Origin: an uncultured Acidobacteriota bacterium
Lineage (GTDB): Bacteria; Acidobacteriota; Thermoanaerobaculia; Multivoradales; DATKCC01
DNA length: 64,000 bases
Direction: 5' to 3'
Assembly (NCBI GenBank): GCA_963739795.1
Contig: CAVUBL010000011.1
Coordinates: 137,215 to 201,214, forward strand
Shown here: positions 29,002 to 39,030 of the stretch, piece after piece
Position numbering within the stretch: the stretch's first letter is position 1
Layout of the letters: every line of letters begins with the position of its first letter
Program-made: the position numbers and the translations under genes
The notes under the pieces: model-generated
The model's database searches: none
Told to the model about the DNA's origin: nothing
Seen by the model: only the letters and a program-made list of their open reading frames with translations

Positions 29002-30099
29002 TCAGAAGCGAGCCGGGTCGAAGGCCTCGGCCGGCGTCTCGCCCAGGAGACCCTCGGCGGCCAGCCGGCCGACCTCCCAGCTACAGCCCATGCCGTGGCC
29101 TCCCAGGCCGGCCACCCAGAAGAAGCTCTCCTCGCCGGGCGCCGGGCCGATGACGAAGCGGCCGTCGGCCGGCCGGGTGCGGAAGCAGGACCAAACGCTC
29201 CGGACCCGGGCGTCGCGCAGGCGGGGCAGGTGGGCGTGGATGCGCTCGGCCAGGGCCTCCTCGATGCCGGGGCTCACCGTCTCCTCGAGGCTCCTCGAGG
29301 TCTCCTCGTCGCAGATCGAGACGAGGAGACCTCCCGACTCGGGCCGCAGGTAGAAGTGCCGGTCGAGGTCCCACACGAACGGCCAGTCGGGGTCGATGGG
29401 GCCGACGCCCTCGACCACGAAGAGGTGGCGCTTGTAGGCCACCAGCTCCGGCCCGGGAACGCCGGCGAGGGCCGCCACCTCCCCCGCCCAGCCGCCGGCG
29501 GCGTCGACCACGCGGCCGGCCTCGATCTCGCCCCGGGCGGTTCGCAGGCGCCAGGCCCCACCTCCGCCGCCTCGCCGTAGCTCGAGGACCCGGTGCTCGG
29601 TGAGGAGCTCCACGCCTCGGGAGCGCGCGCCGGCCAGGTAGTGGCTCAGGAGGGCCCAGGTGTCGAGCACGCCATCGGTAGGGGTCTCGAGCACCGCCTC
29701 GAAGGAGTGACCCACCAGGAGCGGGATGCGCTCGAAGGCCCGGTCCGGGGCCACGAAGCGGCTGGCGCTCCGCTCCGGCGACCCCGGGGCCTCGGGGACC
29801 CGGACCGTCTCCAGCGTCGCGCGGCGCCCCAGCAGGAGCGAGCCCACCGGCCGGTAGCCGACCTCGTCGGCGAGCTCCTCGTAGGGCCCACGGCTCGCCA
29901 TGGCGACCGCACGGATCGCCGGATCGGCCTCGGTCTGGCGGAGCATCGAGGCGTTGCGCCCCGAGGCGTGGGCGCCGGGGGCCTTCTCCTGCTCCAGGAG
30001 GGCGATGGAGCCGGCGAAGCCCCGGCTCAGGTGGTAGGCGGTGGCGGCGCCGGCGAACCCGGCGCCGACGATGGCGATGTCGAAGCCGCGCGAGCCCAT
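29002..30099 (-). CDS. FAD-dependent oxidoreductase (DAO family)
   Basis: N-terminal FDIAIVGAGFAGAATAYHL dinucleotide-binding motif; ~365 aa. Confidence 0.75.
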   Translation of the reverse strand: MGSRGFDIAIVGAGFAGAATAYHLSRGFAGSIALLEQEKAPGAHASGRNASMLRQTEADPAIRAVAMASRGPYEELADEVGYRPVGSLLLGRRATLETVRVPEAPGSPERSASRFVAPDRAFERIPLLVGHSFEAVLETPTDGVLDTWALLSHYLAGARSRGVELLTEHRVLELRRGGGGGAWRLRTARGEIEAGRVVDAAGGWAGEVAALAGVPGPELVAYKRHLFVVEGVGPIDPDWPFVWDLDRHFYLRPESGGLLVSICDEETSRSLEETVSPGIEEALAERIHAHLPRLRDARVRSVWSCFRTRPADGRFVIGPAPGEESFFWVAGLGGHGMGCSWEVGRLAAEGLLGETPAEAFDPARF

Positions 30100-30185
30100 G
30101 GCCGCTCAGCGTAGCAGCCAGACGCCCGCGAATCGTGGAACCGGTCGGGGGGGAAGGGGATCGAGGGGATGTGGGGGGCACCGGG

Positions 30186-32612
30186 TCAACTGTCGCGCAG
30201 GGCGATCGCCGGGTCGACGGCGGCGGCGCGGCGAGCGGGCATCCAGCTCGCGAGCACCGTCACCACCGCCAGCACCGCACCCACGCCCAGCACGGTCAGC
30301 GGCTGGACCTGGGTCAGGCCGGACAGCGCGGTGCCGATCGCCCGGGTCACCAGGATCACTCCCGGCACCCCGAGAACGATCCCGATCGCGGCGAGGAGAA
30401 GCCCCTGGCGGGTGACCATGGCCCGGACCTGGCCCGCGCGGGCGCCCAGGGCCATGCGCACACCGATCTCGTGGGTGCGCTGGGCCACGGTGAAGGCGAG
30501 CACGCCGTAGGTCCCGAGCGCGGCGAGGAGCAGGGCGAGAGTGCCGAAGGCGCCCAGGATCGACGTGATCACCCGCATCCCGACGAAGAACTGCGCCGAG
30601 TACGCCGCGATCGACTGCACCTGGGAGACGACGAGACTCGGATCGTACGCCTCGAGCACCTGGCGCACGGGGCCGGCGAGGGCGTCGGGATCGCCCGCCG
30701 AGCGCAGGGTCACTGCCACGGCGGTAGGCGGCTGCTGGGCGAGGGGCAGGTAGATCACCGGCTGGTCCTTGTCGGTGAAGATGACGCCGTGGGACACCGT
30801 GTCCACCACCCCCACGATCCGGTGGCTCTTCCCCTCGACCGTGATCTGCCGGCCGAGGGGGTCGGCGTCCGGCCACTGGCGTTCGACCAGAGCGCGGTTG
30901 ACGATCGCCACCAGCGCCGAGTCGATGCGATCGGCGGAGGTGAAGGCCCGGCCGGCGCGCACCGCCACGCCGAGGGTCTCGAAGAACCGGGGGTCGACCC
31001 GCCCGACACCGGCGCTCGGCGGCGCCTGGCCCGCGGGCGGCGGCGAAGCGTCCACGGTGTAGGTCTCGCTCGGGAGCAGCGGCGTGCGGGGGCGGAAGCT
31101 CGAAGCGCTCGCCGCCACGACCCCCGGGACGGCCGCGAGGCGACGGCTCATCTCCTCGATCTGCGCCGCCCGTTTCGCCGGCGAGGCCTGGGCGTCGTCC
31201 GGCAGGTCGACCCTCAGCGTGGCCAGATGGGCGGTCTCGAAGCCGGGATCCGTGTGCTGGAGCTCGAGGAAGCTCCTCACCATGACCGCCCCGCCTCCCA
31301 GGAGCACCAGCGAGAGGGCGATCTCCGCCACCACCAGGCCCCGGGCCACCAGCCGCCGACGGCCTCCGAGGCTCGCTCCGCGCCCGCCTTCCTTGAGCGC
31401 CGTCTGGACCTTCATGCGGCTCACCTGGAAGACCGGGAGCATGCCGACGATCAGCCCGGCGACGACGGTGACTCCGACGGTGAACGCCAGCACCCGGCCA
31501 TCGACCGAGGGCAGATAGACCTTGGGCAGGCGGGATACGAAGGCGTTGGCGATGCTGCGGGTCGCGAGGTACCCGAGGCCCAGCCCCAGCACGCCGCCCG
31601 CTGCCGCGGAGACCAGAGACTCCGTGGCGAGCTGGCGGGCGATCCGCCAGCGCCCGGCGCCCAGGCTGGAGCGCACCGCGAGCTCGGTGACGCGGCCCTG
31701 GGTGCGGGCCAGGAGCAGGTTGGCGATGTTGGCGCACGCGATGAGGAGCACGAAGATCAGCGCGCCCTGGAGGAGCCCGAGAATCTGGCGGTCCTGGTGC
31801 GACGGCAGCTCGGTGCGCAGGTTGAGAGTCTGAACCGTGTAGCCCCGGTTCGCCTCCGGGTACTCTTTGGCCAGGCGCTCGCCCAGCGACTTCATGGCGG
31901 TCGCGGCCTCGGCCGTGGTCACCCCGGGGGCGAGGCGGCCCATCGCCAGCAGGTTGCGGCGATCGCGCTTGGCCGTGGCGGGGTCGAGGGCGAGGGGGCG
32001 GTAGAGCTGGATGCCGGGATCGACGAACTCGAAGCGTTCGGGCAGCACGCCCACCACGATGTTGGCCTCGCCGTTGATCGTGATCGTCTTGCCGAGGACC
32101 GCCGGGTCACCGGCGAAGCGGCTCTGCCAGAAGCCGTAGGTGAGGACCACCACCTTGGCAGAGGCGCCGGGCTTCCCCTCCTCTGGGAGGAAGGCCCGCC
32201 CGAGCCGAGGCTGGACGCCCAGCAGGGGGAAGAAATCCGGGGTCACCTGGGCGGCGGTGACCGGCTCGCTCCGGTCGCCCGAGCCGCTGCCGGCGCCGAG
32301 CTTCACCGGAGCGGAGGAATAGGCAGCCATGGCCGAAAAGCTGGTCTGGCGCTGTTGCCAGTCGAGGAAGTTGAGGGCGGAGGTGCCCGAGACCTGCCCG
32401 GCGAGCTTCGGGTCTTGGTACTCCCCGACCAGGGCCAGGCGCTCTGGGTGGTCGTAGGGCAGCGGCCGGAAAAGCAGGCCGTTGACCAGGCTGAAGACCG
32501 CCGTGTTGCCGGCGATCGCCAGGGCCAGCGAGCCGACCACCAGCACGGTGACCGCCGGGGCCTTGCGCAGGGACCTGAGCGCGTACTTGACGTCTTGGAC
32601 GAGACTCTCCAT
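30186..32612 (-). CDS. ADOP-family ABC transporter permease
   Basis: N-terminal VKYALRSLRKAPAVTVLVVGSLALAIAGNTAVFSLVNGLLFRPLPY; 808 aa; two FtsX domains. Confidence 0.85.
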   Translation of the reverse strand: MESLVQDVKYALRSLRKAPAVTVLVVGSLALAIAGNTAVFSLVNGLLFRPLPYDHPERLALVGEYQDPKLAGQVSGTSALNFLDWQQRQTSFSAMAAYSSAPVKLGAGSGSGDRSEPVTAAQVTPDFFPLLGVQPRLGRAFLPEEGKPGASAKVVVLTYGFWQSRFAGDPAVLGKTITINGEANIVVGVLPERFEFVDPGIQLYRPLALDPATAKRDRRNLLAMGRLAPGVTTAEAATAMKSLGERLAKEYPEANRGYTVQTLNLRTELPSHQDRQILGLLQGALIFVLLIACANIANLLLARTQGRVTELAVRSSLGAGRWRIARQLATESLVSAAAGGVLGLGLGYLATRSIANAFVSRLPKVYLPSVDGRVLAFTVGVTVVAGLIVGMLPVFQVSRMKVQTALKEGGRGASLGGRRRLVARGLVVAEIALSLVLLGGGAVMVRSFLELQHTDPGFETAHLATLRVDLPDDAQASPAKRAAQIEEMSRRLAAVPGVVAASASSFRPRTPLLPSETYTVDASPPPAGQAPPSAGVGRVDPRFFETLGVAVRAGRAFTSADRIDSALVAIVNRALVERQWPDADPLGRQITVEGKSHRIVGVVDTVSHGVIFTDKDQPVIYLPLAQQPPTAVAVTLRSAGDPDALAGPVRQVLEAYDPSLVVSQVQSIAAYSAQFFVGMRVITSILGAFGTLALLLAALGTYGVLAFTVAQRTHEIGVRMALGARAGQVRAMVTRQGLLLAAIGIVLGVPGVILVTRAIGTALSGLTQVQPLTVLGVGAVLAVVTVLASWMPARRAAAVDPAIALRDS

Positions 32613-32698
32613 CGTTCCTCCTCGGTGCGGGCCGCGGTCGCCCCGCGCTCGACCCGTTCAGGGAGGACTACGACTCCCGCCGCCGGGAGTTTCGCCGC

Positions 32699-35152
32699 CT
32701 ACTCGCCGCGCAGCACTTCCACCGGGTCGACCGTCGCGGCGTGGCGGGCCGGGCGGTAGCAGGCGGCGAGGGCGACGGCGAGGAGCAGGGCCGACACCGT
32801 GGCCAGGGTCACCGGGTCCCAGGGCGCCACGCCGAAGAGGAGCGAGCTGGCCAGCCGGCCGAGGCCCAGGGCGCCCGCCGCCCCCAGGGCCACGCCGACG
32901 AGGGTCAGGCCGACCCCCTGGCGCACCACCAGGCGGAGCACTTCTCCAGGCGCTGCGCCGAGCACCATCCGGGTGCCGATCTCGCGCCGGCGCTGCTCGA
33001 CCGAGAAGGCGAGCACGCCGTAGACCCCCACCGCCGCCAGGACGAGGGCGAGGGCGCCGAAGGCGACCAGCAGCACCATGGAGAGGCGCCGCGTGAGGAG
33101 GCTGTCGGCGAGCTGAGCGCGCATGGTGGTCACGCCGTAGACCGGCTGCTCGGGATCGACGGCGCGGATGGCGCCGCGCAGCGGGTCGGCCAGGGCCTCC
33201 GGGTCGGCGGCCGTGTGGACGACGAAGGTCATGCCGGTCTGGGGCCGCTGGCGATAGGAGACGTAGATCGTCTCTTTCTCGATGGGGCGCTCGAGGTCGC
33301 GCACCTTGACCGGTGCCACCACGCCGACGATGGGGATCCAGGGCCCATCCTGCCCGCTCCGGCTCAGGCGGCCGGCGAGGGGGTCCTTGCCCTGGAAGTA
33401 CTTGTCGACCAGTTTCTCGTCGACCACCGCCACCATCGGGGAGTCGGTCCGGTCGAAGTGGGTGAAGCCGCGGCCCTGGAGCACCGGGATGCCGACGGTC
33501 GCGAAGTAGCCGTCGTCCACCACGCGAATCAGGGCGTGGGGCGCGGACTCGCCCTGGGCCGGGGTGTAGCCCTCGATCGAGTAGGAGCCGGACGAGGAGT
33601 TGTGCGCGAAGGGCGCGGAGCTGATCACCCCGGCAGAGACGACACCGGGTAGCGCCCGGACCCGTTCGAGCGCCCGGTCGAAGAAGGCCACGACCTGCTG
33701 CGGCTCGCCGTAGCGCGAGTCCGGAAGGTCGACCTGGGCGAGCAGGAGGTGGTCCGGCCGGAAGCCGGGGCTCTCCGCGGAGAGGGCGGCGAGGGTGCGA
33801 ACCAGGAGGCCCGCCCCGGCGAGGAGGACCAGGGCCATGGCCACCTCGGCGACCACCAGGACCTTGCGCACGCGGGTCGTTCGCCGCCCGCCGCCCGTGC
33901 CGCGCCCCTCCTCCTTGAGGGAGCCCGCGGGGTCGCTCTTCCAGACCGAGATCACCGGGAAGAGGCCGAAGAGGATGGCGGTGGCGAGGGCCAGGGCGAG
34001 GGTGAAGCCGAGGACCGGCGCGTCGAGGCCCACGTGCAGGCCGGCCAACCGTTCGGCGAGGCCTAGCCCCGAGAGGAGCTTGACCCCGGCCGCGCCGAGG
34101 CCGATCCCGGCGGCGGCGCCCGCCGCGGCCAGGAGCAGGCTCTCGAGGAGGAGCTGGCGGGTGATCCGCCCCATGCCGGCGCCCAGGGCGGTGCGCACGG
34201 CGAGCTCCTTGTGGCGCGCCGAGACCCGAGCCAGAAGGAGGTTCGCGACGTTGAAGCAGGCGATCAGCAGGACCAGGGCGACCACCCCCTGGAGCAGCAG
34301 CAGCATGGGCCGCAGGCTCCCGTAGCGGTCCTGGCGCAGGTCCACCACCAGGCCGCCGAAGCCCGCGGCCTTCCAGAACTTGGCGTCCTCCGGAAAGCGC
34401 TCGAGGTTCCGTCGGTGGATGGAGTCGATCTGCTCCTGGGCCTGGGCGATCGTGGCGCCCGGGGCGAGCCGGGCGACCATGGCGAAGGACTCGTGGCCGC
34501 GGGAGTCGTCGGAGCGCTGCTTCGGGGTCGGTGCGAAGGGGCGCCAGGCCTCGACATGGGGCGACGGGAAGGCGAAGCCGGGGGGCATGACGCCCAGCAC
34601 GCGGTACGGCTCGCCGTCCAGCCGGACGTCGCGCCCGACGATCCCGGGGTCGGCGCCGAAGTCCCGGCGCCAGAGCCCGTCGGAGAGCACCACTACGTGC
34701 TCGTGACCGGGGCGGTCCTCGTCCGGACCGAACACCCGGCCGAGGGCGGCGTGGGCGCGGAGCAGGGGGAAGAGGGAGGCGGTGGCGCGCAGGCCCATCA
34801 CCCGCTCCGGACTGCCCTCGGTGGTCTCGCCGGCCGAGAGGTTGAGGCTCTCGTAGCCGTAAAGCGAGCTCTCCTCGAAGGCGGAGACCCCTTCGCGGCG
34901 GTCGAAGTAGTCCGGCACCGACACCGAGGCCTGGTCGAGCCCCATCTTGGGGTAGGTGTTCCAGACCTGGACCAGGCGGTCGGCCTCCGGATAGGGAAGG
35001 GGCGCGAGGAGCACCGCGTCGACCACACTGAAGATGGCGGTGTTGGCGCCGATCCCCAGGGCGAGGGTGAGGACGGCGAGGACGGTCACCGCCCGGTGGC
35101 GGGCGAGCGAGCGCAGGGCGTGGCGAAGGTCGCGGGCGAGATCGGCGAGCAT
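32699..35152 (-). CDS. ADOP-family ABC transporter permease
   Basis: N-terminal DLRHALRSLARHRAVTVLAVLTLALGIGANTAIFSVVDAVLLAPLPYP; 817 aa. Confidence 0.85.
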   Translation of the reverse strand: MLADLARDLRHALRSLARHRAVTVLAVLTLALGIGANTAIFSVVDAVLLAPLPYPEADRLVQVWNTYPKMGLDQASVSVPDYFDRREGVSAFEESSLYGYESLNLSAGETTEGSPERVMGLRATASLFPLLRAHAALGRVFGPDEDRPGHEHVVVLSDGLWRRDFGADPGIVGRDVRLDGEPYRVLGVMPPGFAFPSPHVEAWRPFAPTPKQRSDDSRGHESFAMVARLAPGATIAQAQEQIDSIHRRNLERFPEDAKFWKAAGFGGLVVDLRQDRYGSLRPMLLLLQGVVALVLLIACFNVANLLLARVSARHKELAVRTALGAGMGRITRQLLLESLLLAAAGAAAGIGLGAAGVKLLSGLGLAERLAGLHVGLDAPVLGFTLALALATAILFGLFPVISVWKSDPAGSLKEEGRGTGGGRRTTRVRKVLVVAEVAMALVLLAGAGLLVRTLAALSAESPGFRPDHLLLAQVDLPDSRYGEPQQVVAFFDRALERVRALPGVVSAGVISSAPFAHNSSSGSYSIEGYTPAQGESAPHALIRVVDDGYFATVGIPVLQGRGFTHFDRTDSPMVAVVDEKLVDKYFQGKDPLAGRLSRSGQDGPWIPIVGVVAPVKVRDLERPIEKETIYVSYRQRPQTGMTFVVHTAADPEALADPLRGAIRAVDPEQPVYGVTTMRAQLADSLLTRRLSMVLLVAFGALALVLAAVGVYGVLAFSVEQRRREIGTRMVLGAAPGEVLRLVVRQGVGLTLVGVALGAAGALGLGRLASSLLFGVAPWDPVTLATVSALLLAVALAACYRPARHAATVDPVEVLRGE

Positions 35153-35233
35153 GCTCTCCTCCTCCGAAGTTGCCTCTACCTACTCGCGGGCGGCGGGTTT
35201 TGTTACGCGGTCGTCGTCACCCGCGGCGCGCTG

Positions 35234-35941
35234 TCAGGCCAGTCCGACCGGCCGCCGGCGCGCCGGCCGCCGTCGGAGGCCGCCCAGCAGGATCAGCAGG
35301 AGCGGGCCGGCGATGAAGCCGCCGATGTGGGCGAAGAAGGCCACGCCGCCCGACTGGCTGGCGGACCGCGCACCGAGGGAGGCGATTCCCGAGACGAACT
35401 GGAGGAGGAACCACAGCGGCAGGTAGACCAAGGCCGGCACCTCGATGAAGTCGATGAAGAAGCCGAGGAAGATGAGAGTCAGCACCCGCGCCCGCGGGAA
35501 GAGGAAGAGGTAGGCGCCGAGCACCCCGGCGATCGCCCCGCTGGCCCCCACGGTGGGCACCGCGAGCCCCGGCGCGGCGACCGCCTGGGCGTACGTGGCG
35601 AGGAATCCGCAGGCCAGGTAGAAGACCAGGAACCGCACGTGGCCGAGGCGATCCTCCACGTTGTCGCCGAAGATCCAGAGGAAGAGCATGTTGCCGCCGA
35701 TGTGGGCGAAGCCGCCGTGGAGGAACATGGAGAGGAGGGCGCCGCCGAGCTGGAGGTCGCCGCCCGGGTAGGGACCGCCGCCGAACATCCGGGCCGGCAC
35801 GAAGGCCGAGGCCATCATGAACCGCTCGAGCCCGGCCCCCAGGGACAGCTCATAGAGGAACACGGCCACGTTGACGGCGATCAGCGCCACCGTAATGACC
35901 GGCTTCGTCCGGCTCGGGTTCTCGTCGCGAAGCGGCAGCAT
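35234..35941 (-). CDS. rhomboid family intramembrane serine protease
   Basis: 6-7 TM helices; GASGAIAG catalytic Ser motif and downstream His in FAHIGGN; FLHGGFAHIGGNMLFLWIFG rhomboid signature. Confidence 0.8.
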   Translation of the reverse strand: MLPLRDENPSRTKPVITVALIAVNVAVFLYELSLGAGLERFMMASAFVPARMFGGGPYPGGDLQLGGALLSMFLHGGFAHIGGNMLFLWIFGDNVEDRLGHVRFLVFYLACGFLATYAQAVAAPGLAVPTVGASGAIAGVLGAYLFLFPRARVLTLIFLGFFIDFIEVPALVYLPLWFLLQFVSGIASLGARSASQSGGVAFFAHIGGFIAGPLLLILLGGLRRRPARRRPVGLA

Positions 35942-35981
35942 GGCGTCTCGCGGGCGAGACTAGCAGCCTGCCCCGGGGCGT

Positions 35982-37799
35982 CTACGTGCCTTCGGCCAGG
36001 GCCAGGTAGATGGCCTCTTCGCGGCCGGCCAGGGTGCGGGCCGCCAGGCCGAGGAGGAATCGGGACGCGACGAGGGCGACCGCCGCCCAGACCAGGCAGA
36101 CGGCGGTGGCCGCGAGCACGCTCCGGGTGAGGCCGAAGACCAGGGCGCCGGGGGCGGCGGCGAGGGGCACCGCCAGGCCGGTGGCGACGAGGCCGGCCAG
36201 GGCGGCGAGCTGGTTGGGCTTCGCCGACCTGCCCAGGCGGCCCAAGTCGACCGCCTTGGGGAAGAACATGGAGATCCAGATGTGAAGAGGGGCGAGCAGG
36301 GCCGAGAGGGTGACGCCGGTGAGGAGGACGGCGGGCCAGAACGGCAGCGCCCCGGGCTCCAGGGTCACGATCACGCCGCTCCCGAGGATCGTCAGGATCG
36401 TGGCGAGGAAGCCCTCGGCCACCGCCTTGCCGAGGACCAGGTCCCGCCGCCCCAGGGGCGAGACGAGGGTCAGGGAGTAGCCGGGGCCGTCCACCGCGAA
36501 CAGGTTGAGCGACAAGGACTGGAGCGAAAGGTTGGCCAGCACCGCGGCGCCCAGGGCGAGGAGCACGCCCAGTCCCAGCCCGAAGCGCTCGAGCCCCTCG
36601 ACCCGGCTCGCCGAGCCGCGGAACATCAAGGTCATGGCCAGGAGGACGACGGGCATGGTCACCAGGCTCAGGCGGCCAGGGAGGGTGCGCAGGTACGAGC
36701 GGACCTGGGCCCACGCCACCACCGAAGCGCCGGGCGGCAGGCCGGGCAGGCGCGGCGGCCGGACGGCGGAGCGCGCTCCGGCCCGGGACGCGGCGCTTGC
36801 CGGCGAGGCGAGGAGGCGCCGCCAGAGGCCGAAGGAGAGCCGGAACACGACGAGGGCGACGAGCGCCAGGGCGAGGAGCGAGGCGAGGGCCGCGCCCGGA
36901 CGTCCGGCGGAGGCCCGGGCGACCGCCCGGGCGTAGGCCTCCGAAGGCACGACCTGGAGCCAGAGGGGGAAGCGCCCGACGGAACGGAGCTTCGCGCCCT
37001 TGGTCGCCTCGCCGCTCTTCCGGGGCGCGGACCCGGGGGCCGTCGGGCCCGGCGCCGCCGCCTCGGCCGACGTCCGGGCGCTTCGCGGGTGGCGGGCCTC
37101 CCGGCGGCTCTGCTGGAGGCCCGGCATCATGGCCCCGACGATCCACAGGCACATGACGCCCAGGAGGACCCACTCGGCCCGCCGGCGGTCGCGCAGCAGG
37201 AGCTCCAGACCGAAGGAAGCCACCGACGAGAGCAGGACGAGGATGAGGAACAGGAGCGCTCCGGCGGCGAGGGCCACCAGACCGCCGAGCCCGGCGCCCC
37301 AGGTCACGGCGAGCCCCAGCGTCGCCAGGGCCGGCAGCATCAGGAGCAGCCAGGGGTCGGCGAGGTGGGCGCCGACCTCGAGGGCGTGGAGGCGGCGCGG
37401 GGCGATGGGCAGCAGTAGCAGGCGGGTGCGGCCGTAGCTGCCCCGACTCATCGCCTGGAAGGCCGGAAAGAAGAAGAGCGCCACGGTGAAGATGGCGAGG
37501 CCCACCCGCAGCACCAGGATCACGGCGTAGCGCGCATCGCCGCCGCGGGCCAGGGCCAGGCCGGCGAAGACCGCGCCCACCGCCAGGCCCAGGGCGCCCA
37601 TGCCGGTCATCGACCAGAGGACGACCTTGCCGGCGAGCTCGCCCACGGCGGCCAGCCGCTGCAGGGCGCCGCGCCGCCCCCGTCCCAGGCTGTTGGCAGC
37701 CTGGCGCCAGCGCAGCCAGGCGAAGGTCGCGAGCTGGCGGCCGAGCGGGGGCAGCCCGCCGCCGGCCTCGGAAGGGCCGGCCTTCAAGTCCCCAACCAC
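35982..37799 (-). CDS. putative ABC-2 type exporter permease (large, ~12 TM)
   Basis: 605-aa polytopic membrane protein, no recognisable motif beyond TM topology; 16-bp overlap with upstream ABC ATPase gene. Confidence 0.4.
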   Translation of the reverse strand: MVGDLKAGPSEAGGGLPPLGRQLATFAWLRWRQAANSLGRGRRGALQRLAAVGELAGKVVLWSMTGMGALGLAVGAVFAGLALARGGDARYAVILVLRVGLAIFTVALFFFPAFQAMSRGSYGRTRLLLLPIAPRRLHALEVGAHLADPWLLLMLPALATLGLAVTWGAGLGGLVALAAGALLFLILVLLSSVASFGLELLLRDRRRAEWVLLGVMCLWIVGAMMPGLQQSRREARHPRSARTSAEAAAPGPTAPGSAPRKSGEATKGAKLRSVGRFPLWLQVVPSEAYARAVARASAGRPGAALASLLALALVALVVFRLSFGLWRRLLASPASAASRAGARSAVRPPRLPGLPPGASVVAWAQVRSYLRTLPGRLSLVTMPVVLLAMTLMFRGSASRVEGLERFGLGLGVLLALGAAVLANLSLQSLSLNLFAVDGPGYSLTLVSPLGRRDLVLGKAVAEGFLATILTILGSGVIVTLEPGALPFWPAVLLTGVTLSALLAPLHIWISMFFPKAVDLGRLGRSAKPNQLAALAGLVATGLAVPLAAAPGALVFGLTRSVLAATAVCLVWAAVALVASRFLLGLAARTLAGREEAIYLALAEGT

Positions 37800-38611
37800 T
37801 CGAGGGAACCCTCCGGCCGATCCCGCGCCCCCACCACGGCGAGGAAGATCTCCTCCAGGCTCTCACCGGCCCCGGCTTTGGCCCCGGCCCGGAGCTCCGC
37901 GATCGGCCCCTGGGTGACCAGCCGCCCCTTGTGGATGATGCCCACGTGGTCGGCCAGGCGCTCGACGATCTCCAGGACGTGGGAGGTGAGGAAGACCGTG
38001 CCGCCCCGCCCGACGAAGTCGTGGAGCAGCCGGCGGATCTGGCGCGAGGAGAGGGCGTCGATGCCTTCGAACGGCTCGTCGAGGAAGAGCAGGTGGGGCG
38101 CGGGCAGGAAGGCGGCGGCGAGGGAGAGCTTCTTCTTCATGCCGTGGGAGTAGTCGGCCACCAGGGTGCCGGCGTCGTCGGCCAGCCCGAGCAGGTCGAG
38201 GAGCTCGCCCGTGCGCCGCTCCAGGACCTCGTCGGGGAGGCCGTGGATGCGCCCGACGAAGGCGAGGTTCTCGCCACCGGAGAGCCGCTCGAAGAGCGCC
38301 AGGTCCTCGGGCACCACGCCGACCTGGCGCTTGACCGCCACCGGGTCCCCCAGGGGGTCGAGCCCCAGGATCCGGAGCGTCCCCGCCGAGGGCCGGAGCA
38401 GCCCGGTCAGGCACTTGATGGTCGTCGACTTGCCGGCGCCGTTGGGCCCCAGGAAGCCGTAGAAGCTGCCGCGGGGGACCTGCAAATCGATGCCGTCGAC
38501 CGCCGTGAAGTCACCGAAAGTGCGGGTCAGCCCCCGAGTCTCGAGAGCGAGCCCGGACGCGGGCGGCGGCGCGGCAGCCCCAGGGTCCGGCGCTTGGAGG
38601 TCGTCGCTCAT
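37784..38611 (-). CDS. ABC transporter ATP-binding protein
   Basis: Walker A GPNGAGKST, signature LSGGENLAF/HGMKKKLSLAAAF, Walker B LLFLDEPFEGID. Confidence 0.85.
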   Translation of the reverse strand: MSDDLQAPDPGAAAPPPASGLALETRGLTRTFGDFTAVDGIDLQVPRGSFYGFLGPNGAGKSTTIKCLTGLLRPSAGTLRILGLDPLGDPVAVKRQVGVVPEDLALFERLSGGENLAFVGRIHGLPDEVLERRTGELLDLLGLADDAGTLVADYSHGMKKKLSLAAAFLPAPHLLFLDEPFEGIDALSSRQIRRLLHDFVGRGGTVFLTSHVLEIVERLADHVGIIHKGRLVTQGPIAELRAGAKAGAGESLEEIFLAVVGARDRPEGSLEWLGT

Positions 38612-38649
38612 CTCGGGATGACGAGAACAGACGTTAACATGGCAGCCCC

Positions 38650-39030
38650 ATGGACGAACCGCTCACCCTGACCTTCGAGACCTTCTGGACCTGGGTCGCT
38701 TCGCATCCCAACTGCATCCTCCGGGCGGGGACGCCGGAGGCGGTCCTCTACGACGACGAGGACCTCCACTGGCACTTCGCGGCCGAGGGGCCGCAGACTC
38801 TGGTGGTGCAGGTGATCCGGGGCAAGCGCCTGGTGGGTGAGCTACTCGTCGAGCCCGAGCACGTGACCTACGTCCAGGGCTCGGCCGGCGATCCCGAGGA
38901 CGAGTTCGTCTTCGAGCTGGTCTCCGAGACGGAGGCCGAGCAGATCGTCGCCTACTTCTTCGTCCTGGCCCACGGGTACGAGCCGCAGGAGGCGACCCAC
39001 CCGCCGTCGTCCAGGCTGCAAGTTCACTAG
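38650..39030 (+). CDS. hypothetical protein
   Basis: 126-aa ORF with balanced, non-low-complexity composition (MDEPLTLTFETFWTWVASHPNCILRAG...); no recognisable family. Confidence 0.4.
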   Translation: MDEPLTLTFETFWTWVASHPNCILRAGTPEAVLYDDEDLHWHFAAEGPQTLVVQVIRGKRLVGELLVEPEHVTYVQGSAGDPEDEFVFELVSETEAEQIVAYFFVLAHGYEPQEATHPPSSRLQVH

